Shown here: positions 1 to 8,536 of the stretch, in pieces
How positions within the stretch are numbered: position 1 is the stretch's first letter
Layout: the number at the start of each line of letters is the position of its first letter
Source of the DNA: Burkholderiales bacterium
GTDB taxonomy: Bacteria; Pseudomonadota; Gammaproteobacteria; Burkholderiales; JAEUOS01
Assembly (NCBI GenBank): GCA_043786185.1
Contig: JAYVWK010000434.1
Location: 1 to 32,918 of the forward strand
DNA length: 32,918 nucleotides
Reading direction: 5' to 3'
Program-made: the position numbers and the translations under genes
The notes under the pieces: model-generated
What the model was told of the DNA's origin: nothing
Seen by the model: only the letters and a program-made list of their open reading frames with translations
Database searches by the model: none

Positions 1-383
1 GCCTCGAATTCAGGCGCCGACCAGTCGATGCGAAAGCGCCGCGGAAAGCGCTGCGCCAGCCAGCGCGCCATCATCCAGAAATAGTTGTAGTGGGTCGCGG
101 TATCGGCCATGCCGCTATCGGCCAGTACGCCGCGCCAGCGCGCCAGGTCGGCGCGTCGCGAGAAAACACCCAGTTCATGCCGCACCAATGCCAAAAGCCG
201 CGCATCGTCCGGATAGGCCGCCATGAAACACAGGATCTCGTGATAGCGCGCGAGCACGGCGGCGGTTCCAAAACGGGCGCCCCGTAAACGCGTCAAAAGT
301 TCGCGCTTGCGCATCGTGGCGTCGCTACCGTACGCCAGGCGCAGCGCCTCCAGCTGGCGCAAGATTTTTGCGGGCGCAGCCAT
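1..383 (-). CDS. hypothetical protein, 5' part only (gene continues past the left edge)
   Basis: Not in the supplied track because no stop lies inside the window. Hand translation of the minus strand from ATG (383-381) stays open for 127 codons to position 3: MAAPAKILRQLEALRLAYGSDATMRKRELLTRLRGARFGTAAVLARYHEILCFMAAYPDDARLLALVRHELGVFSRRADLARWRGVLADSGMADTATHYNYFWMMARWLAQRFPRRFRIDWSAPEFE. Composition is balanced, unlike the overlapping track ORFs 71..271 and 90..287. Same strand as the Bug gene and 75 nt downstream of it. No family recognised. Confidence 0.5.
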   Translation of the reverse strand, partial: MAAPAKILRQLEALRLAYGSDATMRKRELLTRLRGARFGTAAVLARYHEILCFMAAYPDDARLLALVRHELGVFSRRADLARWRGVLADSGMADTATHYNYFWMMARWLAQRFPRRFRIDWSAPEFE

Positions 384-458
384 CGGCTAGAACTTGTACG
401 GCCGCTGCGGCGGCAAGCGGCGGCGCGTTTCAAGCGAGGGTGCGCCGCGCATCCCGGC

Positions 459-1433
459 CTACTCCAGCGAGATGTTGGCGTCGCGCGCGACCGCGCGCCA
501 GTTGTCGAAGTCCTTTTTCACGTAGGCCTCGAAGGCCCGGGCATTCTGCTCGATCATTTCCACGCCAAGGGCCGCGAAGCGCTCGCGCACCGCCGGCTGC
601 GCCAGCACGCGCGCCAATGCGGCGGCGAGCCGGTCCAGCACCGGCCGCGGCGTGCCCGCCGGCGCGAAGAGCCCGGTGAAGGTACTGACTTCATATTCGA
701 AGAGACCCAGTTCCGAGAGCGTTGGCACCTCGGGCAGCAGCGCGGAGCGCTTGCGGGTAGTCACCGCCAGCGCACGCAAACGCCCTTCCTTGATATGCGC
801 CATCGAGGCGGTGAGCTGGTCCATCATGGTCTCGACCTGGCCGCCAACCAGATCGATCAGCGCCGGCCCCGAGCCCTTGTAGGGCACGTGAATCAGCTTG
901 AGGCCGCTTTGCTTCATCAGCAATTCGAGCGCGAGGTGGTTGGAGGTTCCGGTGCCGGCGGACGCCACCGAAACCCGCCCGGGCCGTGCCTGTGCCTGCG
1001 CCACGAATTCGCGATAGCTGGTGATGCTGGTCTTGGCGGACGCGGTCAGCACGATCGGCACCGCCTGGATCGGCCCGACTACGGCCAGATCGCGCGTCGG
1101 ATCGTAGGGCGGGTTCTTCGCTGTGGCCGGTGCCACCGAGATCGTGCTGGAGGAACCCAGTACCAGGGTGTAGCCATCGGCCGGCCCCTTGGCCACCTGG
1201 GCAGTGGCCACCATGCCGCCGCCACCGGGGCGATTCTCGACGATCATCTGCTGGCCCAGGATGTCCGCCATCGGCTGCGCGATGATGCGCGCGGTGATGT
1301 CGACATTGCCGCCCGGCGCGAAGGGCACGATGATGCGCAGCGGCTTGTTGGGAAAATCCTGCGCCAATGCGACGCCGGCCGCCAGGCAGGCTGTCGCTGC
1401 CAGGGCGCCCATCCATCGCTGCCACGCCTGCAT
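459..1433 (-). CDS. Bug/TctC-family tripartite tricarboxylate transporter substrate-binding protein
   Basis: Track ORF 459..1445. Signal peptide MQAWQRWMGALAATACLAAGVALA is followed by the family hallmark FPNKPLRIIVPFAPGGNVD. Start moved to ATG 1433 because GGAGA lies 5 nt upstream of it; the track start at 1445 is a GTG inside that SD. Confidence 0.9.
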   Translation of the reverse strand: MQAWQRWMGALAATACLAAGVALAQDFPNKPLRIIVPFAPGGNVDITARIIAQPMADILGQQMIVENRPGGGGMVATAQVAKGPADGYTLVLGSSSTISVAPATAKNPPYDPTRDLAVVGPIQAVPIVLTASAKTSITSYREFVAQAQARPGRVSVASAGTGTSNHLALELLMKQSGLKLIHVPYKGSGPALIDLVGGQVETMMDQLTASMAHIKEGRLRALAVTTRKRSALLPEVPTLSELGLFEYEVSTFTGLFAPAGTPRPVLDRLAAALARVLAQPAVRERFAALGVEMIEQNARAFEAYVKKDFDNWRAVARDANISLE

Positions 1434-1525
1434 GTTTGTCTCCACTATTGTTGTGATGCGCCGGCCGCAAATGATCCGGCTTATGCGTTGCCGGCGCGCC
1501 GGCCACTGTGTTTTGGCACGGGGCT

Positions 1526-2482
1526 TCAGCCGACCGCGCGGCGCATCGAATCCAGCGACGATAGCTTCAGGCGCGGTCCCGAACGCATGAACTGCCCCGG
1601 CAGTTCACGTCGCATCACCTCCTGCACACGGCGCGCCACCGTCGCCAGCGCCTCGAGATCGATGCCGGTCTCATAACCGCACTCATGCAACAGGTACACC
1701 AGGTCTTCAGTGCAGATATTGCCGCTGGCGCCGGGCGCGAACGGGCAGCCGCCGAGGCCGCCGAAGGACGACTCGTATTCGCGAATGCCCAGCGAGAGCC
1801 CGTTCATCACGTTGGCCAGCCCAACGCCGCGCGTGTTGTGAAAATGCAGCGCGATGATCGCCTGTGGATGGCGCGCGCGAATCGCCTCGACCGTGCGCGT
1901 CACCACCGGTGGCGTCGCCATGCCGGTGGTGTCGCCCAGGCTTATGTGACGGGCACCGCCAGCCATGTAGGCATCGACGATCTTCAGCACGTTCTCGATC
2001 GACACTTCGCCTTCGAACGGGCAGCCGAAGGCGGTAGCCACAGCGCCACGCAAGGCGATACCGTATTTTTTGGCGATCGGCGCGAACTCGTTGAAATCGG
2101 CGATCGCCGCGTCGATCGACTTGTTGAGATTGGCCTGGCAATGGGTCTCGGAGGCGGAAATGAACGAGGCCATCATGTCCACTTTGGCCGCCGCTGCACG
2201 CTCGGCGCCGCGCGCGTTGGGCACCAGGGCGGTCAGGCGCACGCCTGCCTTGCGCTTGACCATGTCCATCAACTGCGCGGCGTCCGCCAGCTGTGGCACC
2301 GCGCGTGGCGAGACGAACGAGGTGGCCTCGAAACTGGTGACACCGGCATCGATCAGGGCGTTGAGCAGTTCGGCCTTGACTTCGGTGGGAATGAATTCCT
2401 TCTCCGACTGGAAGCCGTCGCGGGTGCCGACTTCGGTGACCAGAACGAAGCGGTCGGTGACAGGGTTGGCAGGCGATTGCAT
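1526..2482 (-). CDS. hydroxymethylglutaryl-CoA lyase family (DRE-TIM metallolyase)
   Basis: Canonical motifs are present: EVGTRDGFQSE, GDTTGMATP, HFHNTRGVGLAN, GGLGGCPFAPGASGNICTEDL. An AAGGA SD lies directly upstream of the start. Confidence 0.9.
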   Translation of the reverse strand: MQSPANPVTDRFVLVTEVGTRDGFQSEKEFIPTEVKAELLNALIDAGVTSFEATSFVSPRAVPQLADAAQLMDMVKRKAGVRLTALVPNARGAERAAAAKVDMMASFISASETHCQANLNKSIDAAIADFNEFAPIAKKYGIALRGAVATAFGCPFEGEVSIENVLKIVDAYMAGGARHISLGDTTGMATPPVVTRTVEAIRARHPQAIIALHFHNTRGVGLANVMNGLSLGIREYESSFGGLGGCPFAPGASGNICTEDLVYLLHECGYETGIDLEALATVARRVQEVMRRELPGQFMRSGPRLKLSSLDSMRRAVG

Positions 2483-2492
2483 GAGAATCCTT

Positions 2493-2894
2493 TCAGGGAG
2501 TTGACTTGCTTGTTGAGGCGGCCTTGCGGCGCAACACGGGCACCCTTGCGGGCATTGGTTCAGACGCCATCGGCGGCTGCCGCATGCGCTTCCCGGCGGA
2601 CGTGTAGACCACGGAACCTTCGCGCTTGTCGACCGCCAGCACCAACACCAGCAAGATATCGTCGATCACGCGGTACACCAGACGATACCCAAGCCTGCGC
2701 AACTTTATCTTGTAACAGCCGCGCAGTTCACCGCCAAGTTCGGCGCCCGGGGTGCGCGGTTGGTCGAGCCGCTTCCTCAAGAGCTTGCGCAGCGGTTCCT
2801 TGACCGCGCCATCCAGGGCATTCCATTCCTTGAGCGCATCGTTCACAAACGCGAGGCGGTACTTCGGCTTGGCCGTCGCCTCAGACAGTGTCAA
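2493..2894 (-). CDS. type II toxin, RelE/StbE (RelE/ParE superfamily), with a C-terminal extension
   Basis: KYRLAFVNDALKEWNALDGAVKEPLRKLLRKRLDQPRTPGAELGGELRGCYKIKLRRLGYRLVYRVIDDILLVLVLAVDKREGSVVYTSAGKRMR follows the StbE/RelE pattern as I recall it (YxxxF..A.KEW..LD, CYKIKLR..GYRLVY.V.D, AV.KRE...VY). Overlaps the upstream antitoxin gene by 14 nt. The start (TTG at 2894) is uncertain. 28 further codons follow the point where family members usually end. Confidence 0.8.
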   Translation of the reverse strand: MTLSEATAKPKYRLAFVNDALKEWNALDGAVKEPLRKLLRKRLDQPRTPGAELGGELRGCYKIKLRRLGYRLVYRVIDDILLVLVLAVDKREGSVVYTSAGKRMRQPPMASEPMPARVPVLRRKAASTSKSTP

Positions 2895-3138
2895 CGTCCA
2901 CCTCGGTCAGCTCCCCGCGTTCGGCGCTCGCGATGCGCCGCTTCAACAGGGGCAGCAGCCGGGCGTCGGCCAGGTCTTCGAGCATGGCTTCAAACAATCC
3001 GGGTTCGACCATGTAGAACGCCGCCTTGTTGTGACTGAGCACGGCAACCGGTTGCGCACCGGCATCACGCAAAACCTTGGCCGGATTCTTCTTGAAATCC
3101 GACATGCTCACGGTGAGATCGGTATACAGGGTTTGCAT
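2881..3138 (-). CDS. type II antitoxin, StbD / Phd-YefM-like
   Basis: MQTLYTDLTVSMSDFKKNPAKVLRDAGAQPVAVLSHNKAAFYMVEP... has the typical Phd/YefM/StbD N-terminus. It lies directly upstream of, and overlaps, the RelE-type toxin. Start placed at ATG 3138 rather than the track's TTG at 3156. Confidence 0.8.
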   Translation of the reverse strand: MQTLYTDLTVSMSDFKKNPAKVLRDAGAQPVAVLSHNKAAFYMVEPGLFEAMLEDLADARLLPLLKRRIASAERGELTEVDVDTV

Positions 3139-3170
3139 TTTGCGAATCGCGATCAATAAAATAAGCTCTG

Positions 3171-3204
3171 ATTATAGCGCTAATATTTGATCCAATATAA
3201 GCGC
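3171..3204 (-). promoter_or_regulatory. putative promoter (-10 TATAAT) and palindromic operator of the StbDE-type TA module
   Basis: The minus strand reads GCGCTTATATTGGATCAAATATTAGCGC TATAAT. This is a near-perfect inverted repeat (GCGCTtATATT / AATATtAGCGC, plus coordinates 3177-3204) abutting a perfect TATAAT (3171-3176). It lies about 35 nt upstream of the antitoxin ATG in an AT-rich island. Confidence 0.45.
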
Positions 3205-3253
3205 CATCTGCTTCCTTTGATCGGCTTCGATCTACGGCTCCCGGCACGTCAAT

Positions 3254-4432
3254 TCAGATCACGCCGCGCGCGCGCAAATCGGCCACCGCATCGATATTGA
3301 AGCCGAGTTCCGCGAGGATGGCATCGCTGTCCGCGCCCAACAGCGGCGGCGGCCGGTGCACGCGGCAGGGGTCGTCGCTGAACTTGATCGGAAAACCCAG
3401 CACATCGAGCTTGCCATGCTGCGGATGGTCGATGCTGATGCGCATCTGCTGGTGCCGGGTCTGCGGATCGTCGAACACCTGTTCCAGGCCCAGTACGCGA
3501 CCGCACGGCACACCGGCACGGTTGAGCAATTCAATCCAGTGTTCCACCGAATGGGTGCGGGTGCGGGCGTTGATCTCGGCATTGATCGCCACCCGATGCT
3601 CGAAGCGTGCTTCATTGTGCAGAAAGTCCGGATGGTCTTGCAGATGCCTGAGATCGAGCGCCTCCAGCAACTTCACGTAAAACGCATCATTCGACGGTGC
3701 GATCGCCACCTCACCGTCGGCGGCTTCAAACAGGCCGTAGGGTGAAGCCAGTGCATGGTCGTTGCCGGTACGCAGCGGCTGCTTGCCGGTGGCGAAATAA
3801 TTGGTCGCCAGAAACGCCAGCATGCTGGTCATGCCGTCGGTGAGCGCGGTGGCCACTTCCTCGCCTTGGCCCGTGCGATTGCGGCGCACTAGCGCCGCCA
3901 GAATGCCCATCGCCGCCTGCGAGCCCGCCACCAGGTCGGAGATCGGCGGTGCGGCGCGCATCGGCGGCCCGCCTTCGTCGCCATTGACGCTCATGAATCC
4001 GCTCATCGCCTGGGCGATGAAGTCGAACGAGGGGCGCGCGGCATAAGGGCCGTCCAGTCCAAATCCGGTGACGTGGCAACTGATGATGTCAGGTTTCAAG
4101 GCCGTGAGCGCGGCACGGCCGAATCCCATCTTGTCCATCACGCCAGGACGGTAATTGTTGACCACCACGTCAGCGCGGCGAATCAGCGAACGCAGTATTT
4201 CCTTGCCGTCATCGCTACGCAAATCCAGTGTGAGAGACCGCTTGTTGCGGTTGAAGGTGGCGAAGTAAAGCGAATAACCGTTGACCGCCGCACCTTGCTT
4301 GCGCACCGGGTCGCCTTCATCCGGGTCTTCGACCTTGATCACCTCCGCACCCATGTCGGCCAAAAACATCGAACAAAACGGGCCGGACAGGATGCGCGTC
4401 AGATCGACGACGCGGATGCCTTCGAGTTGCAT
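3254..4432 (-). CDS. family III CoA-transferase (CaiB/BaiF family)
   Basis: N-terminus MQLEGIRVVDLTRILSGPFCSMFLADMGAEVIKVEDPDEGDPVR and length of 392 aa are typical of the family. Confidence 0.9.
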   Translation of the reverse strand: MQLEGIRVVDLTRILSGPFCSMFLADMGAEVIKVEDPDEGDPVRKQGAAVNGYSLYFATFNRNKRSLTLDLRSDDGKEILRSLIRRADVVVNNYRPGVMDKMGFGRAALTALKPDIISCHVTGFGLDGPYAARPSFDFIAQAMSGFMSVNGDEGGPPMRAAPPISDLVAGSQAAMGILAALVRRNRTGQGEEVATALTDGMTSMLAFLATNYFATGKQPLRTGNDHALASPYGLFEAADGEVAIAPSNDAFYVKLLEALDLRHLQDHPDFLHNEARFEHRVAINAEINARTRTHSVEHWIELLNRAGVPCGRVLGLEQVFDDPQTRHQQMRISIDHPQHGKLDVLGFPIKFSDDPCRVHRPPPLLGADSDAILAELGFNIDAVADLRARGVI

Positions 4433-4444
4433 GCGGCGCGCGCC

Positions 4445-5428
4445 CTACTCGATCTTGATGTTGGCTTCCCGGGCGACCTTGCCCCATTTGGCATAGTCCG
4501 CGCGTACGAATGCTGCGAAATCCTCCGCGGTACCGCCCACCGCGGTGGCGCCGCCGGCCGAGATCTTTTCGCGCACGTCCGGCATGGCCAACACCTTGTT
4601 GACCTCGGCGTTGAGCCGCGCCACGATCGCCGGCGGTGTGCCGACCGGCGCGAACAGGCCCAGCCAGATGCCGGCTTCCACCCCCTTGATGCCGGCTTCC
4701 TCAAGCGTCGGTGTATCGGGCAGCATGTGCGAACGCTTGGCCGTGGTAACCGCCAGCGGTATCAACTTGCCGCCCTTCACCAGACCCAGCACCGAAGGCA
4801 CCGACATGATCGCCACATCGACCGAGCCGCCCATCACATCGGCCAGCGCCGGCGCCGCGCCTTTGTACGGAACCTGCAGCAAGCGGATGCCTGTCGCGCT
4901 CCTGATCTGCTCGCCGAACAGATGGCCGGCCGAGCCGTTACCGGCAGTGGCCCAGGAAACACCGACGGCGGAACGGCCGCGGGCCAGCATGTCGCCCGCA
5001 TTCGCAAGCTTGGGCTGGCCGCTGCCAGGCACCACACTGCTGACAATCGCCAATGAAGCAACCGAGACCTGCACGATCGGAATGAAGCTCTTGACCGTGT
5101 CGTAACCCACATTCGGATACAGCCATGGCCCCAGCATCACGTTGTCGGTCTGGCCCATGACGATGGTGTAGCCATCCGGCGCCGACTTGGCGGCGGCGGC
5201 AATCGCCAAATTTCCGCCGGCGCCGGGCATGTTTTCCAGCACCACCTGCCACTTGGTCACCTCCGCCAGCTTGGCGCCGACGGTACGTGAAACGAAATCG
5301 GTGCCGCCACCGGGCGGGAACGGGATCAGCAAGCGGATCGGTCGCGCCGGGAAATCCGCCTGCGCCAGCGCGCCGGACATCAGGGTGGCCGCGGCGAACG
5401 CCGCGATGCCAAGCTTGAACACTTGCAT
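4445..5428 (-). CDS. Bug/TctC-family substrate-binding protein
   Basis: Signal peptide MQVFKLGIAAFAAATLMSGALA is followed by DFPARPIRLLIPFPPGGGTD. Start moved to ATG 5428 (AGGAGA SD upstream). The track start at 5518 would overlap the ferredoxin gene. Confidence 0.9.
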   Translation of the reverse strand: MQVFKLGIAAFAAATLMSGALAQADFPARPIRLLIPFPPGGGTDFVSRTVGAKLAEVTKWQVVLENMPGAGGNLAIAAAAKSAPDGYTIVMGQTDNVMLGPWLYPNVGYDTVKSFIPIVQVSVASLAIVSSVVPGSGQPKLANAGDMLARGRSAVGVSWATAGNGSAGHLFGEQIRSATGIRLLQVPYKGAAPALADVMGGSVDVAIMSVPSVLGLVKGGKLIPLAVTTAKRSHMLPDTPTLEEAGIKGVEAGIWLGLFAPVGTPPAIVARLNAEVNKVLAMPDVREKISAGGATAVGGTAEDFAAFVRADYAKWGKVAREANIKIE

Positions 5429-5492
5429 GATGAGTCTCCTTGGATGTTTTGAGCGGCGCGATGCGCGTGGGTCGTGCGACACCGCAGCAGCT

Positions 5493-5702
5493 TCAGCCGG
5501 GCGGATTATCGCCCACAATCAGAATCGCCTGGACCGGGCAAAGGCGCGCGGCTTTTCTCACAAAAGGTGCGATTTTCGCGCCCGGTTGTGCGTCGATCAG
5601 CATCACCAGGCCATCCTTTTCATCCTGGTCGAACACCTCGGGCGCGACCCGCACACACTGGCCGGCGCCGACGCATTTGCCGCGATCGATCAGCACCTTC
5701 AT
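5493..5702 (-). CDS. small ferredoxin (3Fe-4S type, P450-associated)
   Basis: 69 aa: MKVLIDRGKCVGAGQCVRVAPEVFDQDE...ARLCPVQAI, with a Cx5C...CP cluster motif. It lies 14 nt downstream of the P450 gene on the same strand. Confidence 0.8.
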   Translation of the reverse strand: MKVLIDRGKCVGAGQCVRVAPEVFDQDEKDGLVMLIDAQPGAKIAPFVRKAARLCPVQAILIVGDNPPG

Positions 5703-5715
5703 CGGCCGCCCGCCA

Positions 5716-6975
5716 TCACCACGTCACCGGCAGGTTGTGGATGCCGTAAATCTGCATGTCGTCCTTGAAGCGAATTTGTTCCAGCGGCAACGCAAGCCTG
5801 AGCGAAGGCAGCCGCTTGAGAATGGCCGCGAACATCACCTGCAACTCGTAGCGCGCCAGCATCTGCCCCAGGCATTGATGGATGCCGTAGCCGAAGGTCA
5901 GGTGCTGCGAGGTATCGCGTTCGATGTCGATACTGTCGGGGCAGGCGAACAACTGCTCGTCGCGATTGGCCGACGGCAGCGACATGAACAGGCCCTCGCC
6001 CTTCTTCACCGTCACACCGGCGATCTCGACATCTTCCAGCGCTACCCGGCGCGGCGAGAATTGCACTGGTGAAACAAAGCGCAGGAACTCCTCGACCGCC
6101 GCCGCGATCCGTGTCGGGTCAGCCGTGAGGCGCGCCCGCAAGGCGTCATCGCGCAGCAGCAAAAGACTACCCATGCCGATCATGTTGGTGGTGGTGTCGT
6201 GGCCGGCGCGCAGGATCATGGCGCCGATCTCGGCCAGATCGTCGCGCGACAGATTGCCCGGCTGCACATATTCAGCAATGACACGGCTCAACATGTCGTC
6301 TCCTGGCGCGGCTTCCTTGGCATCAATCAGGCGCCGCACATAGGCCGCCAGTTCGCGCGCCCTGGTTTCGGCCTCCTCGGGCGATTGCGTAAGCCCGTGG
6401 CGCGCCACCGCGCAGCGAATGATGAATACATGGTCCGCATAGGGCGAGCCGAACAGCTCGGCCATCACCAGTGACGGATACCTGACCGCCAGGGTCGCCA
6501 CCAGATCGGCCGGCGGGCCCTGCGCCAACAACTCGTCGATCAGGCGGTCGCCCAGCACCTGCATTTTCGGGATCAGGGCCTGCATGCGCCGCACGCTGAA
6601 TTCGCGCGTAAAGAAACGGCGATAGCGGTCATGCTCGGGATTGTCCATGCCCACGAAGGCACGCTCGTTGCGGTCCACCGTAACCCGCGCCTCGGTGATG
6701 GTCGGAAAATCAGGATGCCCCATGCGACCACTGAAGCGGCGGTCGTCCATCAGGATGGCGCGAATTTCGGCATGACGCGTCACCACCCAGGCGCGCTTGC
6801 CATTCCACAGCGTGACCGCCAGCAACGGCCCCTGGGTACGTGCCGCCGCGTACTGCGGTGGCGGATCGAAGGGACAGGAGCGCGCGAAGGGCAGCTTTGG
6901 CGCGCGCGCATCCGGGGAAATCTGCATACGAAGATTGTACCGTTGCAAGCCTGCATCACATGCCGCCATCGGCAT
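5716..6975 (-). CDS. cytochrome P450
   Basis: Heme-thiolate loop FGYGIHQCLG, I-helix AGHDTT and an EEFLRF (ExxR) motif are present. The start may be the internal ATG at 6927 (MQISPDARAPKLPF...). Confidence 0.9.
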   Translation of the reverse strand: MPMAACDAGLQRYNLRMQISPDARAPKLPFARSCPFDPPPQYAAARTQGPLLAVTLWNGKRAWVVTRHAEIRAILMDDRRFSGRMGHPDFPTITEARVTVDRNERAFVGMDNPEHDRYRRFFTREFSVRRMQALIPKMQVLGDRLIDELLAQGPPADLVATLAVRYPSLVMAELFGSPYADHVFIIRCAVARHGLTQSPEEAETRARELAAYVRRLIDAKEAAPGDDMLSRVIAEYVQPGNLSRDDLAEIGAMILRAGHDTTTNMIGMGSLLLLRDDALRARLTADPTRIAAAVEEFLRFVSPVQFSPRRVALEDVEIAGVTVKKGEGLFMSLPSANRDEQLFACPDSIDIERDTSQHLTFGYGIHQCLGQMLARYELQVMFAAILKRLPSLRLALPLEQIRFKDDMQIYGIHNLPVTW

Positions 6976-7037
6976 GCGCGTTTTGACCCGCTTCGAAATT
7001 TCTGCTTTACTCGCGCTGCCTTCAAAAAAGGGACTCC

Positions 7038-8312
7038 ATGAACAGTTTCAATCGCTTCGCCCAAGCAATGGCCACCGGCGGCCTGCTTGCCTGCGCACTG
7101 AGCTTCGCCGCCGACCTTCCGCGCGCCAAACCCGAACAGGTCGGCTTGTCGTCCGAGCGCCTGGTGCGCATCAGCGCATTGCTCAAGTCGGATGTGGAGT
7201 CGAAGAAGATTCCGGGCGCGGTGCTGCTGGTGGCGCGTCACGGCAAGGTGGCGCATTTCGAGGCAATCGGCAAGCAGGACCCGGCCGGCAGCGCGCCGAT
7301 GACGCGCGACTCGATTTTCCGCATCTATTCGATGACCAAGCCGATCACCTCGGTGGCGGCGATGATGCTGGCCGAGGAGGGCCGCATCAGTCTGGGCCAG
7401 CCGGTGTCGATGTATCTGCCGGAATTCGCCAAGATGACCGTCGGCGTGGAAAAGCCCGATGGCGACGGCAAGCCGCTGCTGGAGAGTGTAGCGGCGCGGC
7501 GCCAGATGACCATCCAGGACCTGCTGCGCCATACCTCGGGCCTGACCTATGGATTCTTCGGCCCTGGCCTGGTGAAGCAGGCCTACGTCGACGCCGGCCT
7601 CCTGATCGGTGACCCGACCAACGCCGAATTCAGTGTCGCGTTGGCCAAACTGCCGCTGGCCTACCAGCCTGGCACCACCTGGGATTACAGTCATTCGACC
7701 GATGTCCTCGGCCGCCTGATCGAGGTGGTCTCGGGCAAGACCCTTTATCAGTTCATGCGCGAACGCATTCTCGACCCGCTGGGCATGCGCGACACCAGCT
7801 TCCATGTCACCGACGCGGCGCGCCAGATGCGCCTGGCCGAGCCCTTTGCCGACGATCGCTCATTCGGCGTTGGTGCCACCATGGGTAACCCGCGCATCGC
7901 AGGCAAATGGGAGTCCGGCGGCGGCGGCATGGTCGGCACCGCGATGGACTACGCGCGCTTCCTGCAGATGCTGCTAAATCGCGGCTCGCTCGACGGCAAG
8001 CGCTATCTTGGCCCGCGCACGGTCGAGTACATGACCGCCGACCACAACGGTACGAGCATCACCCCCGGACCACTGTACCTGCCGGGCCCCGGCTATGGCT
8101 TCGGCCTCGGCGTCGCGGTACGGCGCGGCAATGGCGAATCGGCCGCCGCCGGTGCCGCCGGCGACTACTACTGGGGCGGCGCCGGCGGCACCTACATGTG
8201 GGTCGACCCGAAAAACGACATGTTCGCGGTGTTCATGATGCAGTCGCCGAAGCAGCGGGTGCACTATCGCGGGCTGCTGCGCGACATGGTGTTCGCGGCG
8301 ATCGTGAAATGA
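7038..8312 (+). CDS. beta-lactamase-fold serine hydrolase (class C / esterase EstB-like)
   Basis: Signal peptide followed by an SxxK nucleophile motif (FRIYSMTKPITS). 424 aa. Divergent from the P450 operon. Confidence 0.85.
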   Translation: MNSFNRFAQAMATGGLLACALSFAADLPRAKPEQVGLSSERLVRISALLKSDVESKKIPGAVLLVARHGKVAHFEAIGKQDPAGSAPMTRDSIFRIYSMTKPITSVAAMMLAEEGRISLGQPVSMYLPEFAKMTVGVEKPDGDGKPLLESVAARRQMTIQDLLRHTSGLTYGFFGPGLVKQAYVDAGLLIGDPTNAEFSVALAKLPLAYQPGTTWDYSHSTDVLGRLIEVVSGKTLYQFMRERILDPLGMRDTSFHVTDAARQMRLAEPFADDRSFGVGATMGNPRIAGKWESGGGGMVGTAMDYARFLQMLLNRGSLDGKRYLGPRTVEYMTADHNGTSITPGPLYLPGPGYGFGLGVAVRRGNGESAAAGAAGDYYWGGAGGTYMWVDPKNDMFAVFMMQSPKQRVHYRGLLRDMVFAAIVK

Positions 8313-8318
8313 CGGCAT

Positions 8319-8341
8319 TCAGGGACTGCACCATAGTCCCT
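8319..8341 (+). terminator. stem-loop after the hydrolase gene
   Basis: CAGGGACT-gcaccat-AGTCCCTG, a perfect 8-bp stem starting 7 nt after the stop. No U-tract follows, so intrinsic-terminator function is uncertain. Confidence 0.35.
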
Positions 8342-8452
8342 GCGCTGCGCACCGCATGATCGGCCCGGATCGCCGGCAGCCTTGCTGCAACCACGATCCG
8401 GCGCCCCGCTGCCGCCTTCTACGATCGCTGCTTGCCCCGATCACGGATGACG

Positions 8453-8465
8453 AATTTGAAAGCAA
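8453..8465 (+). promoter_or_regulatory. candidate Ada box upstream of ada
   Basis: AATttgaaaGCAA fits the AAT-N6-GCAA form of the E. coli Ada-box consensus as I recall it. The surrounding GAAAGCAAGAT resembles the E. coli ada promoter AAAGCGCAAGAT. It lies about 70 nt upstream of the ada ATG. Confidence 0.4.
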
Positions 8466-8536
8466 GATCCGGAGTGCCACTGTCGTGTTTCGCCCCTAAA
8501 GTCCTACCCATGGTCTACATTTACCGGGGGTAAAAA

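Noticed and set aside
368-679. Plus-strand ORFs at 368..679, 652..882 and 795..1676 overlapping the first Bug gene.
   Set aside because: Arg/Ala/Pro-rich shadow frames opposite a well-supported Bug/TctC gene.
2483-2570. Weak similarity between the DNA under the RelE-type toxin tail (…catgcggcagccgccgatggcgtctgaacc…) and the 3' end of the CoA-transferase gene (…gatgcggtggccgatttgcgcgcgcgcggcgtgatctgaatt…). This would be a second case of a displaced gene end, as at the vapBC site.
   Set aside because: Only short interrupted matches (ATGCGG, GCCG, GGCGT, CTGAA) over about 40 nt, with an indel required. I cannot distinguish this from chance by eye. It is noted as something an alignment could test.
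4445-5518. N-terminally extended versions of several track ORFs (4445..5518, 16869..17870, 17832..18920, 19028..20773, 20792..21976, 23077..24189, 24116..25525, 31298..31630).
   Set aside because: In each case an internal ATG preceded by a good SD begins a proper signal peptide or conserved N-terminus. The extension overlaps a neighbouring gene or a promoter and has implausible composition.
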